From the NCBI GenBank assembly GCA_001779925.1, contig MFEK01000016.1:78504-142503 (forward strand): 64,000 nt of DNA, written 5' to 3'. Positions within the stretch are counted from its first letter, which is position 1; each line of letters opens with the position of its first letter. The notes beneath the pieces were generated by a model that did no database searches, had not been told where the DNA came from, and saw only the letters and a list, made by a program, of their open reading frames with translations. The stretch is from Candidatus Doudnabacteria bacterium RIFCSPHIGHO2_01_FULL_46_14 (GTDB taxonomy: Bacteria; Patescibacteriota; Doudnabacteria; UBA920; 2-01-FULL-46-14). Of this stretch, positions 35,294 through 43,343 are shown one piece after another. Made by a program: the position numbers and the translations under genes.

Positions 35294-36457
35294 TCAAGGA
35301 ATCAGAAGATGGGATCTATGACGGTGCCAGAGATAAGCGGTTAATGCCAACGCGCCGAGAATCCAGGTGAGGAGCGGGCCGGGCAGGTAGAGATCCATGA
35401 TTTCCCAAAGGCTGATCCAGTTCAGGGTGATGTAGCCCTGGACCGTGGCCACATTGTCCAGTAAATTCTGATCTTGTTTTTCGACGGCTTCCAGATTAGA
35501 CTCTGCGCTGGCGATTTGAGAGTCAAACGAAACCAAGTTTGCTTCGTAATTTTTATTCTCATTGTAGACCCGACTTTCCAGAGTGATTTTTTGCGGTTGA
35601 AGCTGGGCGATCCTGGCGTCAATCTGGGCGCGGCGCTCTGGGTCGTCTGTGACCTCGGCGCGCAGAGCTGCCAGCTCTTTATTTGCCGCATTCAATTGGC
35701 TTTGCAGGGAAGACAAGGTTTTTTTGTGATCAATCATGAGCTTATCGCGGTCAGCACGAAGCTGTCCCAATGTTTTTTCAATCTGGGATTGCTCCTGCTC
35801 TATGGACTGTTTTTGCGGCAACAGATTTTGCGAGGAAACGTATTCCGTATAAAATTTCGCACGGATGATAGATTTAATTTCCGCTCTAAAAGCTTCGAGT
35901 TTGCTGGCCGGAATCGCAAAACTGACATAGCCATATTTTTCCGAAGCAGAATAGCCGTCAATGCGGCCGTCATAACCGCGGACCATGGTCTGAATGCGGC
36001 CCGCCAGCTCATCGATTTTTCTCGTGCGAACCTGGGCATTGTAATCTTTTTTCAAAAATTCCCGCGTGTCTGTAATCGATCCGCCAGGCGAAGGGCTCGG
36101 CCACGGCCGGATCAAACTGTTCCTTGAATCCTGCACGATCGAATTGGGCATGGCAAATGATCCCGAACCCTCCTCGCGCACTCCGGCCGTTGGAGCAGAA
36201 ACCATCATGGTTCGCGAACTGTAATTGACGCTTACCGCGTTCACAACAAGAATGATGGCTGCCAAACTAGTAAATGCAAAAGACAACCAAGGTAATCGGC
36301 GCAGGGAGTGATTCACAGTCGGAATGTTGCCAGCAGGAACCCTCGTAAGGATTTCAGCCTTCAGAATCTCGTTGCGAGCAGGGGAGCGGCGCTTGCCTCT
36401 GCCCCAGTCAGTTAAAATATTATGAATGTTTCGCGGCATATGATTTGGCTTGGACAA
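35294..36457 (-). CDS. Putative anti-sigma factor / membrane-anchored coiled-coil protein, possibly DUF4349-like
   Basis: Overlaps the ECF sigma gene. N-terminal and C-terminal TM helices flank a long coiled coil. Confidence 0.45.
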   Translation of the reverse strand: MSKPNHMPRNIHNILTDWGRGKRRSPARNEILKAEILTRVPAGNIPTVNHSLRRLPWLSFAFTSLAAIILVVNAVSVNYSSRTMMVSAPTAGVREEGSGSFAMPNSIVQDSRNSLIRPWPSPSPGGSITDTREFLKKDYNAQVRTRKIDELAGRIQTMVRGYDGRIDGYSASEKYGYVSFAIPASKLEAFRAEIKSIIRAKFYTEYVSSQNLLPQKQSIEQEQSQIEKTLGQLRADRDKLMIDHKKTLSSLQSQLNAANKELAALRAEVTDDPERRAQIDARIAQLQPQKITLESRVYNENKNYEANLVSFDSQIASAESNLEAVEKQDQNLLDNVATVQGYITLNWISLWEIMDLYLPGPLLTWILGALALTAYLWHRHRSHLLIP

Positions 36458-36905
36458 GAGCGCGGTGGAGTCTCACGCGCACTGTCACAAAATTAAGATT
36501 CAAAATTCGGGCGATGTCATTTATAGGCAGGTCAGCAATGTACCGCAGGCGGATGAGTTCCCTGTCGTCTTCGGAAAGATTGGAGAGTAGTTGGTCAACT
36601 AGGATCTGATTTTCTGAATTATTATCTGGGGCTGCCTTGTCGTGCTGTTCCAGGTCAAACGCTGCCTCGCGATTGCTTTTTCGCCAAGCTTGCCGGCACT
36701 CATTGCGGGCAATCGCAAACAACCAGGCTGGGAAACCCGCGCCTCGGCTTTTAAATTTCGGCATAGCCTCAATGGCTTTGAGCCAGGTGCTTTGCAGAAG
36801 ATCTTCAGCGAGCGACTTGTCGCGCGTGACGTTGACCAAGTAGCCGAAAAGTTTCGGGGTAGTTTCATCCCAGAGCTTTGAGAGAGCGTCTCTATCTAGG
36901 TTCAT
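36420..36905 (-). CDS. ECF-type RNA polymerase sigma factor
   Basis: Region 2 LLQSTWLKAIEAM and a region 4 HTH. Confidence 0.8.
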   Translation of the reverse strand: MNLDRDALSKLWDETTPKLFGYLVNVTRDKSLAEDLLQSTWLKAIEAMPKFKSRGAGFPAWLFAIARNECRQAWRKSNREAAFDLEQHDKAAPDNNSENQILVDQLLSNLSEDDRELIRLRYIADLPINDIARILNLNFVTVRVRLHRALVQAKSYAAKHS

Positions 36906-37021
36906 GTTTTAAATTAAAAATGTGATCACATTAGTATAATGCGGCAGTATACCGAAATGTTACACACAAATCAAAACTCCGCGAATCCCGCGGAACTTAA
37001 GTGTCGAAGACTTCGAGCGAA

Positions 37022-37105
37022 GTCGAGAAATGCCTGGGGAGGGACTCGAACCCTCAATCCCTCGCGGGCCCAGGATTTTAAGTCCTGTGCGTATACCAGT
37101 TCCGC
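37022..37105 (-). tRNA. tRNA-Leu(UAA)
   Basis: Acceptor GCCTGGG/CCCAGGC, anticodon stem CAGGA/TCCTG, loop CTTAAAA, long variable arm. CCA is not encoded. Confidence 0.75.
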
Positions 37106-37122
37106 CACCCAGGCATGGGTTT

Positions 37123-37146
37123 TATCCCTCCCCTTAGGCTAAGGGG
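37123..37146. repeat. GC-rich hairpin cctccccttaggctaaggggagg overlapping the 3' end of the DUF559 gene
   Basis: Same family as 31627 and 34374. It encodes the C-terminal residues TPPSLPLA. Confidence 0.55.
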
Positions 37147-37508
37147 AGGCTAGGAGGAGTTGTTTCCATTCTGAGCTTATCCGTAACTCCTTCTATGTTT
37201 TCAATGACGTCGTTATTCCAAAATCTTAAGACTTTAATTCTTCTATTTTTCAGAAATTCGGATCTTTTCTCATCATAAACCATATTTGTAGTTTCGGCAT
37301 GTTGTCCGCCATCCAGCTCAATTGCCAATTTCATGATCGGGCAATAGAAATCAAGTATGTAAGAACCCACACTATACTGCCTGAAAAATTTCAACCCCTC
37401 AAACTGCTTGTTTCTCAAAAGTTTCCATAATCTTTTTTCTACTTCAGTTTGGTTTCTGCGCAGGCCACGGCGGTGGTTTATTGTTTCAGAATTGTTATAT
37501 AAATACAA
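37134..37508 (-). CDS. DUF559 / Vsr-like endonuclease-fold protein
   Basis: EKRLWKLLRNKQFEGLKFFRQY...ILDFYCP...ELDGGQHAE...DEKRSEFLKNRRIKVLRFWNNDV. Confidence 0.7.
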   Translation of the reverse strand: MYLYNNSETINHRRGLRRNQTEVEKRLWKLLRNKQFEGLKFFRQYSVGSYILDFYCPIMKLAIELDGGQHAETTNMVYDEKRSEFLKNRRIKVLRFWNNDVIENIEGVTDKLRMETTPPSLPLA

Positions 37509-37554
37509 TTCTTAACTCCCCTAACCCCTCTTAGCTTAAGAGGGGAATAATACT

Positions 37555-37629
37555 TGGAGGCCAGGACGGGAATCGAACCCGTGCATCGCGGTTTTGCAGA
37601 CCGCAGCGTTACCACTTCGCCACCTGGCC
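37555..37629 (-). tRNA. tRNA-Cys(GCA)
   Basis: Acceptor GGCCAGG, discriminator U73, anticodon stem GCGGT/ACCGC, loop CTGCAAA, CCA encoded. Confidence 0.8.
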
Positions 37630-37642
37630 ATAGAGACATTAT

Positions 37643-37733
37643 AACCCCTCCTAGCGAGGAGGGGTAAGGGGAGGTCTGGGGTTCTGTTCCACGACCCCCT
37701 CTATCTCCCCCTCATGAGGGGGAGAATCAAACT
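37643..37733. repeat. Three consecutive GC-rich palindromes downstream of rpsA
   Basis: cccctcctagcgaggagggg; ggggaggtctgggg...ccccctctatctcccc; tccccctcatgagggggaga. Confidence 0.6.
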
Positions 37734-38946
37734 ATTTTGTTTCGCTTACTGTCTCTACTTGGGGCTCTTCTTGTTTAGTTTCTTCAGCTTTGGACTCTTC
37801 TTTCTTTTCTTCCCCGGCGCTTTCGGTCGGGGCTCCGACTCCGCCATCGGCGTACGTCAGAGCTTTCGTCTCCGCCTTCGGTGGTTTAAGCGATAAGCCG
37901 AGCCTGTGATCTGCAGGTTCAATGGAAATGATGCGAAACTCTTTTTCCTCGCCTTCTTTTAGAACCGCGGAAGCGTCAGCGATTTTTTCAGCAGAGAGTT
38001 CGCCTAGGTGCGCAAGACCGTGAATTTCCGGATCAAGCTCCACGAAAGCACCGAACGGCGCGAGCTTCAACACCTTGCCTGTCACCATCTGACCGATCTT
38101 GTATTTCTTAACTGCGTCTTCCCACGGGTCTTTTTGCAGTCTCTTCAAAGATAAGCTAATCCGGTCATTATCAATGGCAATGACTTGAGCCTTGACCTTG
38201 TCACCAACCTTTACGATGTCCTTGGGATTTTCAATCCTCTGCCAGGCCAGTTCCGAGATGTGCACCAGCCCCTCAAGTCCCTCGCCGAATTTCATAAAAG
38301 CCCCAAAATCCACCACACCGGTAATCTCGCCGTCTACAATATCGCCGATCGCGAGCTTGCTGATTTTCTGCAGGATCTCGCCTTCGATAACCGCGCGCTC
38401 GGAGACAATGAGTTTTTCGCCATTCTGCTCAGCTGTAATAATACGCACATCAAAATCCTGATTAACAAAGCCGCGCAGGACTGACAAAATCTTATTCTTG
38501 TCGCCATCCTCCACGCGCGGATAGTGGGCTGGCGCAAGCTGGGATACAGGCAGGAAACCAACCACACTGTTGATGCGCACCATGAGTCCGCCTTTGTTGG
38601 CTTCCAAAATCTTGGTTTTGATAATCTCCCGGCTTTCCATTTTTTCGCGGAGAGTCTGCCACACGCGCTCCAGTCCTGCCTTGCGGAACGACAGCTCAAT
38701 GTTGCCTTCTTTGTTCTCCATCTCCACGACAGAGGCAAACACTTCGTCGTCTACCTTGAGTGAGGACAAAATGGTTTCATCATCATAAAGCTCGCGGCCG
38801 CGGACCACGCCAATGCCAATGCCATCCACGTCCACGTAGACTTCATTTTTACCCACGCTCATAATGCGGCCCTTGATAACATCGCCATCCGTGAGAACTT
38901 TGATTTTTGATTGGAGGAGAAGCTCCTCCATGGTTAGTTCAGCCAT
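37732..38946 (-). CDS. rpsA: 30S ribosomal protein S1, four-S1-domain form with a charged C-terminal tail
   Basis: Repeated S1-domain patterns. Confidence 0.85.
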   Translation of the reverse strand: MAELTMEELLLQSKIKVLTDGDVIKGRIMSVGKNEVYVDVDGIGIGVVRGRELYDDETILSSLKVDDEVFASVVEMENKEGNIELSFRKAGLERVWQTLREKMESREIIKTKILEANKGGLMVRINSVVGFLPVSQLAPAHYPRVEDGDKNKILSVLRGFVNQDFDVRIITAEQNGEKLIVSERAVIEGEILQKISKLAIGDIVDGEITGVVDFGAFMKFGEGLEGLVHISELAWQRIENPKDIVKVGDKVKAQVIAIDNDRISLSLKRLQKDPWEDAVKKYKIGQMVTGKVLKLAPFGAFVELDPEIHGLAHLGELSAEKIADASAVLKEGEEKEFRIISIEPADHRLGLSLKPPKAETKALTYADGGVGAPTESAGEEKKEESKAEETKQEEPQVETVSETK

Positions 38947-39190
38947 AAAAAAATAGGTACTCTCTAATACCTAATTATTAACCCTGTCGGGATTTTCGCA
39001 AGTGATTAATAATTAGTAGTTTACCCCCACACCACAACATTGTTTGGTGTCGGGGGTTAATTAATGGTTAAAGTGTCTTGCAATAGACTTATTCAATTGT
39101 TTTCGTATATTAACAAATACCCGATGAAAAGACAAGTGGGCGCAGGATTATTGATAAATCCATCGCCCACCCCATAATTTCTTCCCGCAA

Positions 39191-39565
39191 TCATGAAGAG
39201 ATAAACTCTTGTATCATCTTTCCCAGGGACACATGAATCGGCGGAGTTTTGGTGATGACATTTGGCGCCCAACTCATAGTTTGGCAAACCGTCGACATGA
39301 AAATCACCTTGATTACCAATTTCATTTCATCTGTGGGTGGAGGATCATCGACATGAGTTTGCAAAAAAACTTCCTCACCGGACCATAGCGTGATTCCGCA
39401 GTGTTTAGAATGGAATTCTTCTAACAAAAAACGTAACTCTTTCACGGCGCTGCTCGTCTCGTCCTTAATCTGAAAAACTCCTGTCCAACCATCATCCGGA
39501 ATCGGTTTAGTGTCGAACAGCGTTGTCACAAGATCAAGAGCTTTTGGCATAGGCCCTCCTTTCAT
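39191..39565 (-). CDS. Hypothetical protein (124 aa)
   Basis: Co-directional with, and downstream of, TrmB paralogue 5. Confidence 0.45.
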   Translation of the reverse strand: MKGGPMPKALDLVTTLFDTKPIPDDGWTGVFQIKDETSSAVKELRFLLEEFHSKHCGITLWSGEEVFLQTHVDDPPPTDEMKLVIKVIFMSTVCQTMSWAPNVITKTPPIHVSLGKMIQEFISS

Positions 39566-39679
39566 AAATCCGTATTTTTATAACTATATATTAAAACCTT
39601 ATCGACAACAATAATACCTATAAAAATCTAGATCTGATATTAGCGTACTAGTATGCTAATACCGTATAAGATAAAAAAC

Positions 39680-40420
39680 TTAAGTCGCCTGCAGGGCGCC
39701 GAGCCAGGCCAGCTCAAAAATCGCTCTTTGCGTCTCAGCAATCTTTTGGCTTTCGATAATCACGCCGATTTTTTCCGGAAAAGAGAAGATTGCGACTTTG
39801 TCATTGTAAATATTGATCTCATTTTGAAAAACGAATTTAGCGGCAGAGACTAAAAGCAGATGCCGCATTTCTTGTTTGTCGCGGCGTGCATATTCTTGGC
39901 TGTCGTGAGTAGCAGGCACAATGCCGCGCATAAAAATCTTGCGCTTCACCCGCTCTCGCACATAGTCCTTTATGAATTCCTGTGAGACTGCTTCCCACAT
40001 CTCCGTGATCGCGCCGTAAGCCAGCACCACGCCTTTGCTTTCGAGCGTATCCCAGTACATAGCTTTCAACCCCTCAACGCCTTCGTAAAATCTGACGCGT
40101 GGTTTTTTGCCGCCAGTTTGAAATAGGAGCTTAAGTTCTGGTAAAGCTTCGAGAAACGCATGCTGCCGCGCTTTCAAAAGCGCCAAAACATTCTCTGGAT
40201 CCTCCGCCAGAAAATAACGCTTCTTTTTTTTAGTGACCATAGAAAACACACCCTTCTTTTCGAGGGAAGCGACAATGTCATAAACTGTCGGCCGCTTGAG
40301 ATCCGCCTGCTCTGCCAGCCTTTGAATGGAAGCCTCACCAAGCTCAATACCTGCCAGATAAACCTGGGCTTCTTTTTCCGAAAGCCCAGAGCTAGTTAAT
40401 AGAGAATGTAAATTGGACAT
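39680..40420 (-). CDS. TrmB-family HTH transcriptional regulator (paralogue 5)
   Basis: SGLSEKEAQVYLAGIELGEASIQRLAEQADLKRPTVYDIVASLEKKG. Confidence 0.7.
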   Translation of the reverse strand: MSNLHSLLTSSGLSEKEAQVYLAGIELGEASIQRLAEQADLKRPTVYDIVASLEKKGVFSMVTKKKKRYFLAEDPENVLALLKARQHAFLEALPELKLLFQTGGKKPRVRFYEGVEGLKAMYWDTLESKGVVLAYGAITEMWEAVSQEFIKDYVRERVKRKIFMRGIVPATHDSQEYARRDKQEMRHLLLVSAAKFVFQNEINIYNDKVAIFSFPEKIGVIIESQKIAETQRAIFELAWLGALQAT

Positions 40421-40577
40421 ATTCTGTCGGTAATTCTGACAACAAATATATTATAAATAAACCAATAGAATAAAGCAAATTTAATAAATAATTATAATCT
40501 AAGCCGCTAGAATTGACATTTGTGCCAAATTTGCATACTATGGCAAGTCCACAAATGGACAGAAAAGGGAGGAAGAA

Positions 40578-40844
40578 ATGGATAAACTCTTTGCGTTCTA
40601 TATAGTGCTTTTGACCGTGAACCTGCTTGTTGCTGTCATGTTTACTCAGAGCGTCAATACTTACGAGCTGCGCTTGCTAATGACAGGCATGATGTCTGTT
40701 GTCATGCTACTCCTGGGCAGACGTATTCTGCATCTTGACCTGAACAGCGACCCTCACAGGGTATTCATAGTGGTCGCGAGTGTCGCTTCAGTCGGTTTCC
40801 CAATTCTACTGAGCTACAAAATTTCTGCAAAAAAAGGGAAGTGA
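40578..40844 (+). CDS. Small membrane protein, hypothetical (first gene of a three-gene operon)
   Basis: SD aagggagga. Three TM helices. Confidence 0.5.
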   Translation: MDKLFAFYIVLLTVNLLVAVMFTQSVNTYELRLLMTGMMSVVMLLLGRRILHLDLNSDPHRVFIVVASVASVGFPILLSYKISAKKGK

Positions 40845-40851
40845 GGAGCCA

Positions 40852-41142
40852 ATGAAACAAATATGGAGCCCGATGGGGCATTTGCAAACAGATGTGGATT
40901 CAATCACAAAGCAACTCAAACAGATTTTCGGCGCGCAGGCGAAAATAAAGAAAATCGAGGTTGGTGATACGCCGCATCACCTGTATATCACAGTGAGCCG
41001 CCGAAAAACGCCAGTCATCGTGATCTTGCCTCGACCAATCAGACAAAGCACCGAAAAACCGGATCATGGGACTTGGTCTTATGATTATGGTGATCATGAT
41101 GAGGTTGTGGTAGTTCTTAAAAGATCACACGACTTGAGATAG
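40852..41142 (+). CDS. Hypothetical protein (96 aa)
   Basis: SD gaggag. 7 nt gap after the previous gene. Confidence 0.5.
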   Translation: MKQIWSPMGHLQTDVDSITKQLKQIFGAQAKIKKIEVGDTPHHLYITVSRRKTPVIVILPRPIRQSTEKPDHGTWSYDYGDHDEVVVVLKRSHDLR

Positions 41143-41169
41143 AGGACTGGGAGCCAGAAAAGGAGAAAT

Positions 41170-41679
41170 ATGAGAATCGTGTTTTTGACTTACAATGAAC
41201 TTGGCGGGAACCAGACAGTGACAGACAGGTACGAGCATAGATTCGAATGTTCGTGGATTCCGAATGGATGGACGCGAGTAGGAAAGGCTGGCCAGGCGCT
41301 CGTTTTGCAATATAAACGCAGTCCGACGGACAGCAAAGAAACCACCGCAATGTGGCAAGAGCTCGTGACAAAAATAATTACCGAAGATGATTACGTTGAT
41401 CATGTAATCGCCTACGTGTGTAGGGACGAAAGATCAAGGGATACCCTCGCTCTTGTCAGACACCTTGAGCCATCGCGCGTCACCTTGGTCTACTGCCCCT
41501 GCAACAGAGAGTATTTCGCAGAGCAAGTGGATTTGGCTGAAGCGAGGCACATCATCAGCGAATGCGGCGGCTGTGTGACCATGCTTAGCCTCTTTGCCAA
41601 TTACTTGGTGGCAGGCGAGGTAGTCAATGTCCGCAAACAGGAACCGGAGGCAACTTTGCCAGCAGAGCAACCGCACTAG
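41170..41679 (+). CDS. Hypothetical Cys-rich protein (169 aa)
   Basis: SD aaaggag. Cys motifs FECSW, VYCPCN and ECGGCV suggest metal binding. Confidence 0.5.
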   Translation: MRIVFLTYNELGGNQTVTDRYEHRFECSWIPNGWTRVGKAGQALVLQYKRSPTDSKETTAMWQELVTKIITEDDYVDHVIAYVCRDERSRDTLALVRHLEPSRVTLVYCPCNREYFAEQVDLAEARHIISECGGCVTMLSLFANYLVAGEVVNVRKQEPEATLPAEQPH

Positions 41680-41767
41680 TCATGGTCTGCTTTGGACAGG
41701 ACACGAAACAAGGAAAGGAGGTGAGGGAAAACCGGAGCAAGAACTCATGTTCTTGCTCCTTTTATTT

Positions 41768-42040
41768 TTATTTTTGCCGCTCTTTCTCAACGCCCCTGGC
41801 AATATATTGTTTCATGAGGGCTTGATATGGGATATCGAGTTTATTAGCTTCGACTTTGACCTCGTTGATGATGTATTCCGGAAGTCTAATAGAGATCGAG
41901 CGTGAGGTGGGTTTTAGATTTGGAAAGATGACCCCCTGGGCCTTTGACCAGTCTAAATATTCAGTAGAATCATGGGTGTTCCAAAACTCGGCTTCTTCAT
42001 CCTCAGATTTGAATTTGGGAATCTTTTTAAGTTTTTTCAT
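41768..42040 (-). CDS. brnA: BrnA-like antitoxin (DUF4415/COG3514)
   Basis: EEAEFWNTHDSTEYLDW...IRLPEYIINEVKVEANKLDIPYQALMKQYI. Overlaps the upstream toxin gene. Confidence 0.6.
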   Translation of the reverse strand: MKKLKKIPKFKSEDEEAEFWNTHDSTEYLDWSKAQGVIFPNLKPTSRSISIRLPEYIINEVKVEANKLDIPYQALMKQYIARGVEKERQK

Positions 42041-42323
42041 AATTACTCCTTTCCTTTTTACCGGCGCTGCGCGCCGAAATTATTCTAATTTTATTCTTCC
42101 TAATAGTGAAAACTATAAAAAGTATTCGTCCGCTATTGGAGGACCCTAATAACTGATATCTCCTCTCGGCAATGCTGTGCTTAACATCAAAAAATACTGA
42201 ATGATCATTGATAAATAGCTGCTCTGCTTCTTCCGAAGAGATATTATGGCGTAATCTGAGCTTGGCACGGTTGTGCTCATCCCACTCAAACTCTATTGGC
42301 TCAGAAAATTCTATATTTGCCAT
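42027..42323 (-). CDS. brnT: BrnT-like toxin (DUF497 ribonuclease toxin)
   Basis: FEWDEHNRAKLRLRHNISSEEAEQLF...ILFIVFTIRKNKIRIISARSAGKKER. Confidence 0.65.
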   Translation of the reverse strand: MANIEFSEPIEFEWDEHNRAKLRLRHNISSEEAEQLFINDHSVFFDVKHSIAERRYQLLGSSNSGRILFIVFTIRKNKIRIISARSAGKKERSNYEKT

Positions 42324-42403
42324 ATTTCATATTGTATATGAGAAATGATACATCGTCAAGTCTTTCTCTTTATTTTTTGCCCTTTTCAGGGTATAATTAC
42401 CTC

Positions 42404-43027
42404 ATGGTAATATCCTGGTTTGGACTGTCGAGTTTCAAGATTTCCTCAGGCCCGCTAACGCTCATCACTGACCCTTTTTCCAAAAGCGCCGGGCCAACGC
42501 CCCCGCGGGGGCAGACTGACATAGTCATTATTTCTAACCCTTCTTCTGATCTCTACAATAACCGCGAGGCAGTAGGGGATGAGAAGACTTTTGTGGTGGA
42601 CAGCCCCGGCGAATACGACATAAAGGGACTGTTTATCAGGGGTGTAGCGGCAGCCGGGGCTGCGATTTATGCCATACGCATGGAAGACATGCGCTTGGGG
42701 TTTTTAGGTTCGCTTAAACAAAAAGAGCTTTCTGACCAGCAGCTTGAAGACCTTGGTGATATTGATGTTTTGTTTGTACCGGTTGGCGGGAAAATCGTCT
42801 GCGATGCTGAGGAGGCCGTAACCATCGTCAATCAGATTGAACCGCGATTTGTGGTGCCCATGCACTATGCTCAGCCCGGCCTAAAAATCAGCCTCGATAA
42901 GGTTGACCAGTTTCTCAAAGAAATCGGAGGCGCTAAAGCCGCACCCCAGGAAAAACTAACTATCAAGAAATCCAACATCCTGGAAGGAGAAAATACCGAA
43001 GTCGTAATCTTGGAGCCTCTGAGGTAG
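42404..43027 (+). CDS. MBL-fold metal-dependent hydrolase (UPF0173-like)
   Basis: Start moved to ATG 42404, 6 nt after a TATAAT at 42393-98. DIDVLFVPVGG...VVPMHY. Confidence 0.55.
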   Translation: MVISWFGLSSFKISSGPLTLITDPFSKSAGPTPPRGQTDIVIISNPSSDLYNNREAVGDEKTFVVDSPGEYDIKGLFIRGVAAAGAAIYAIRMEDMRLGFLGSLKQKELSDQQLEDLGDIDVLFVPVGGKIVCDAEEAVTIVNQIEPRFVVPMHYAQPGLKISLDKVDQFLKEIGGAKAAPQEKLTIKKSNILEGENTEVVILEPLR

Positions 43028-43060
43028 TTTTACGAATAACGAATTAGTACGAATATACGA
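43028..43060. repeat. TACGAAT-element copy 4. The start codon of the next gene is embedded in it.
   Basis: gttttacgaataacgaattagtacgaatatacgaATGgag. Confidence 0.6.
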
Positions 43061-43276
43061 ATGGAGTTATTAAAGAGATTACAAGCTAGGCCCGAGAAAG
43101 AAAAAATCCGCATCCTGCGAATCTCTGTAGCTGTCACTGTCATTCTTATCCTCGTCATCTGGGTGCTGACGCTGAAATATAGAACCATTGAGCAAGGGGA
43201 TACCACGAAATTTCAAAAAATTTGGAATAATGTTAGAGAACTCAAGTCAAAATTTAAAAATCAAAATGGAAAATGA
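43061..43276 (+). CDS. Small membrane protein, hypothetical
   Basis: One TM helix. Confidence 0.4.
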   Translation: MELLKRLQARPEKEKIRILRISVAVTVILILVIWVLTLKYRTIEQGDTTKFQKIWNNVRELKSKFKNQNGK

Positions 43277-43343
43277 CAATTCAAAATTTTAAAATTTTAC
43301 ACTGTCATTTTGATTTTTGAACTTTACATTTTTCATTTAACCT
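43261..43343 (+). promoter_or_regulatory. AT-rich palindromic upstream module shared with the yebC upstream region (family E)
   Basis: tcaaaatggaaaatgacaattcaaaattttaaaattttacactgtcattttgatttttgaactttacattttt runs straight into the gyrA ATG with no SD. Confidence 0.5.
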
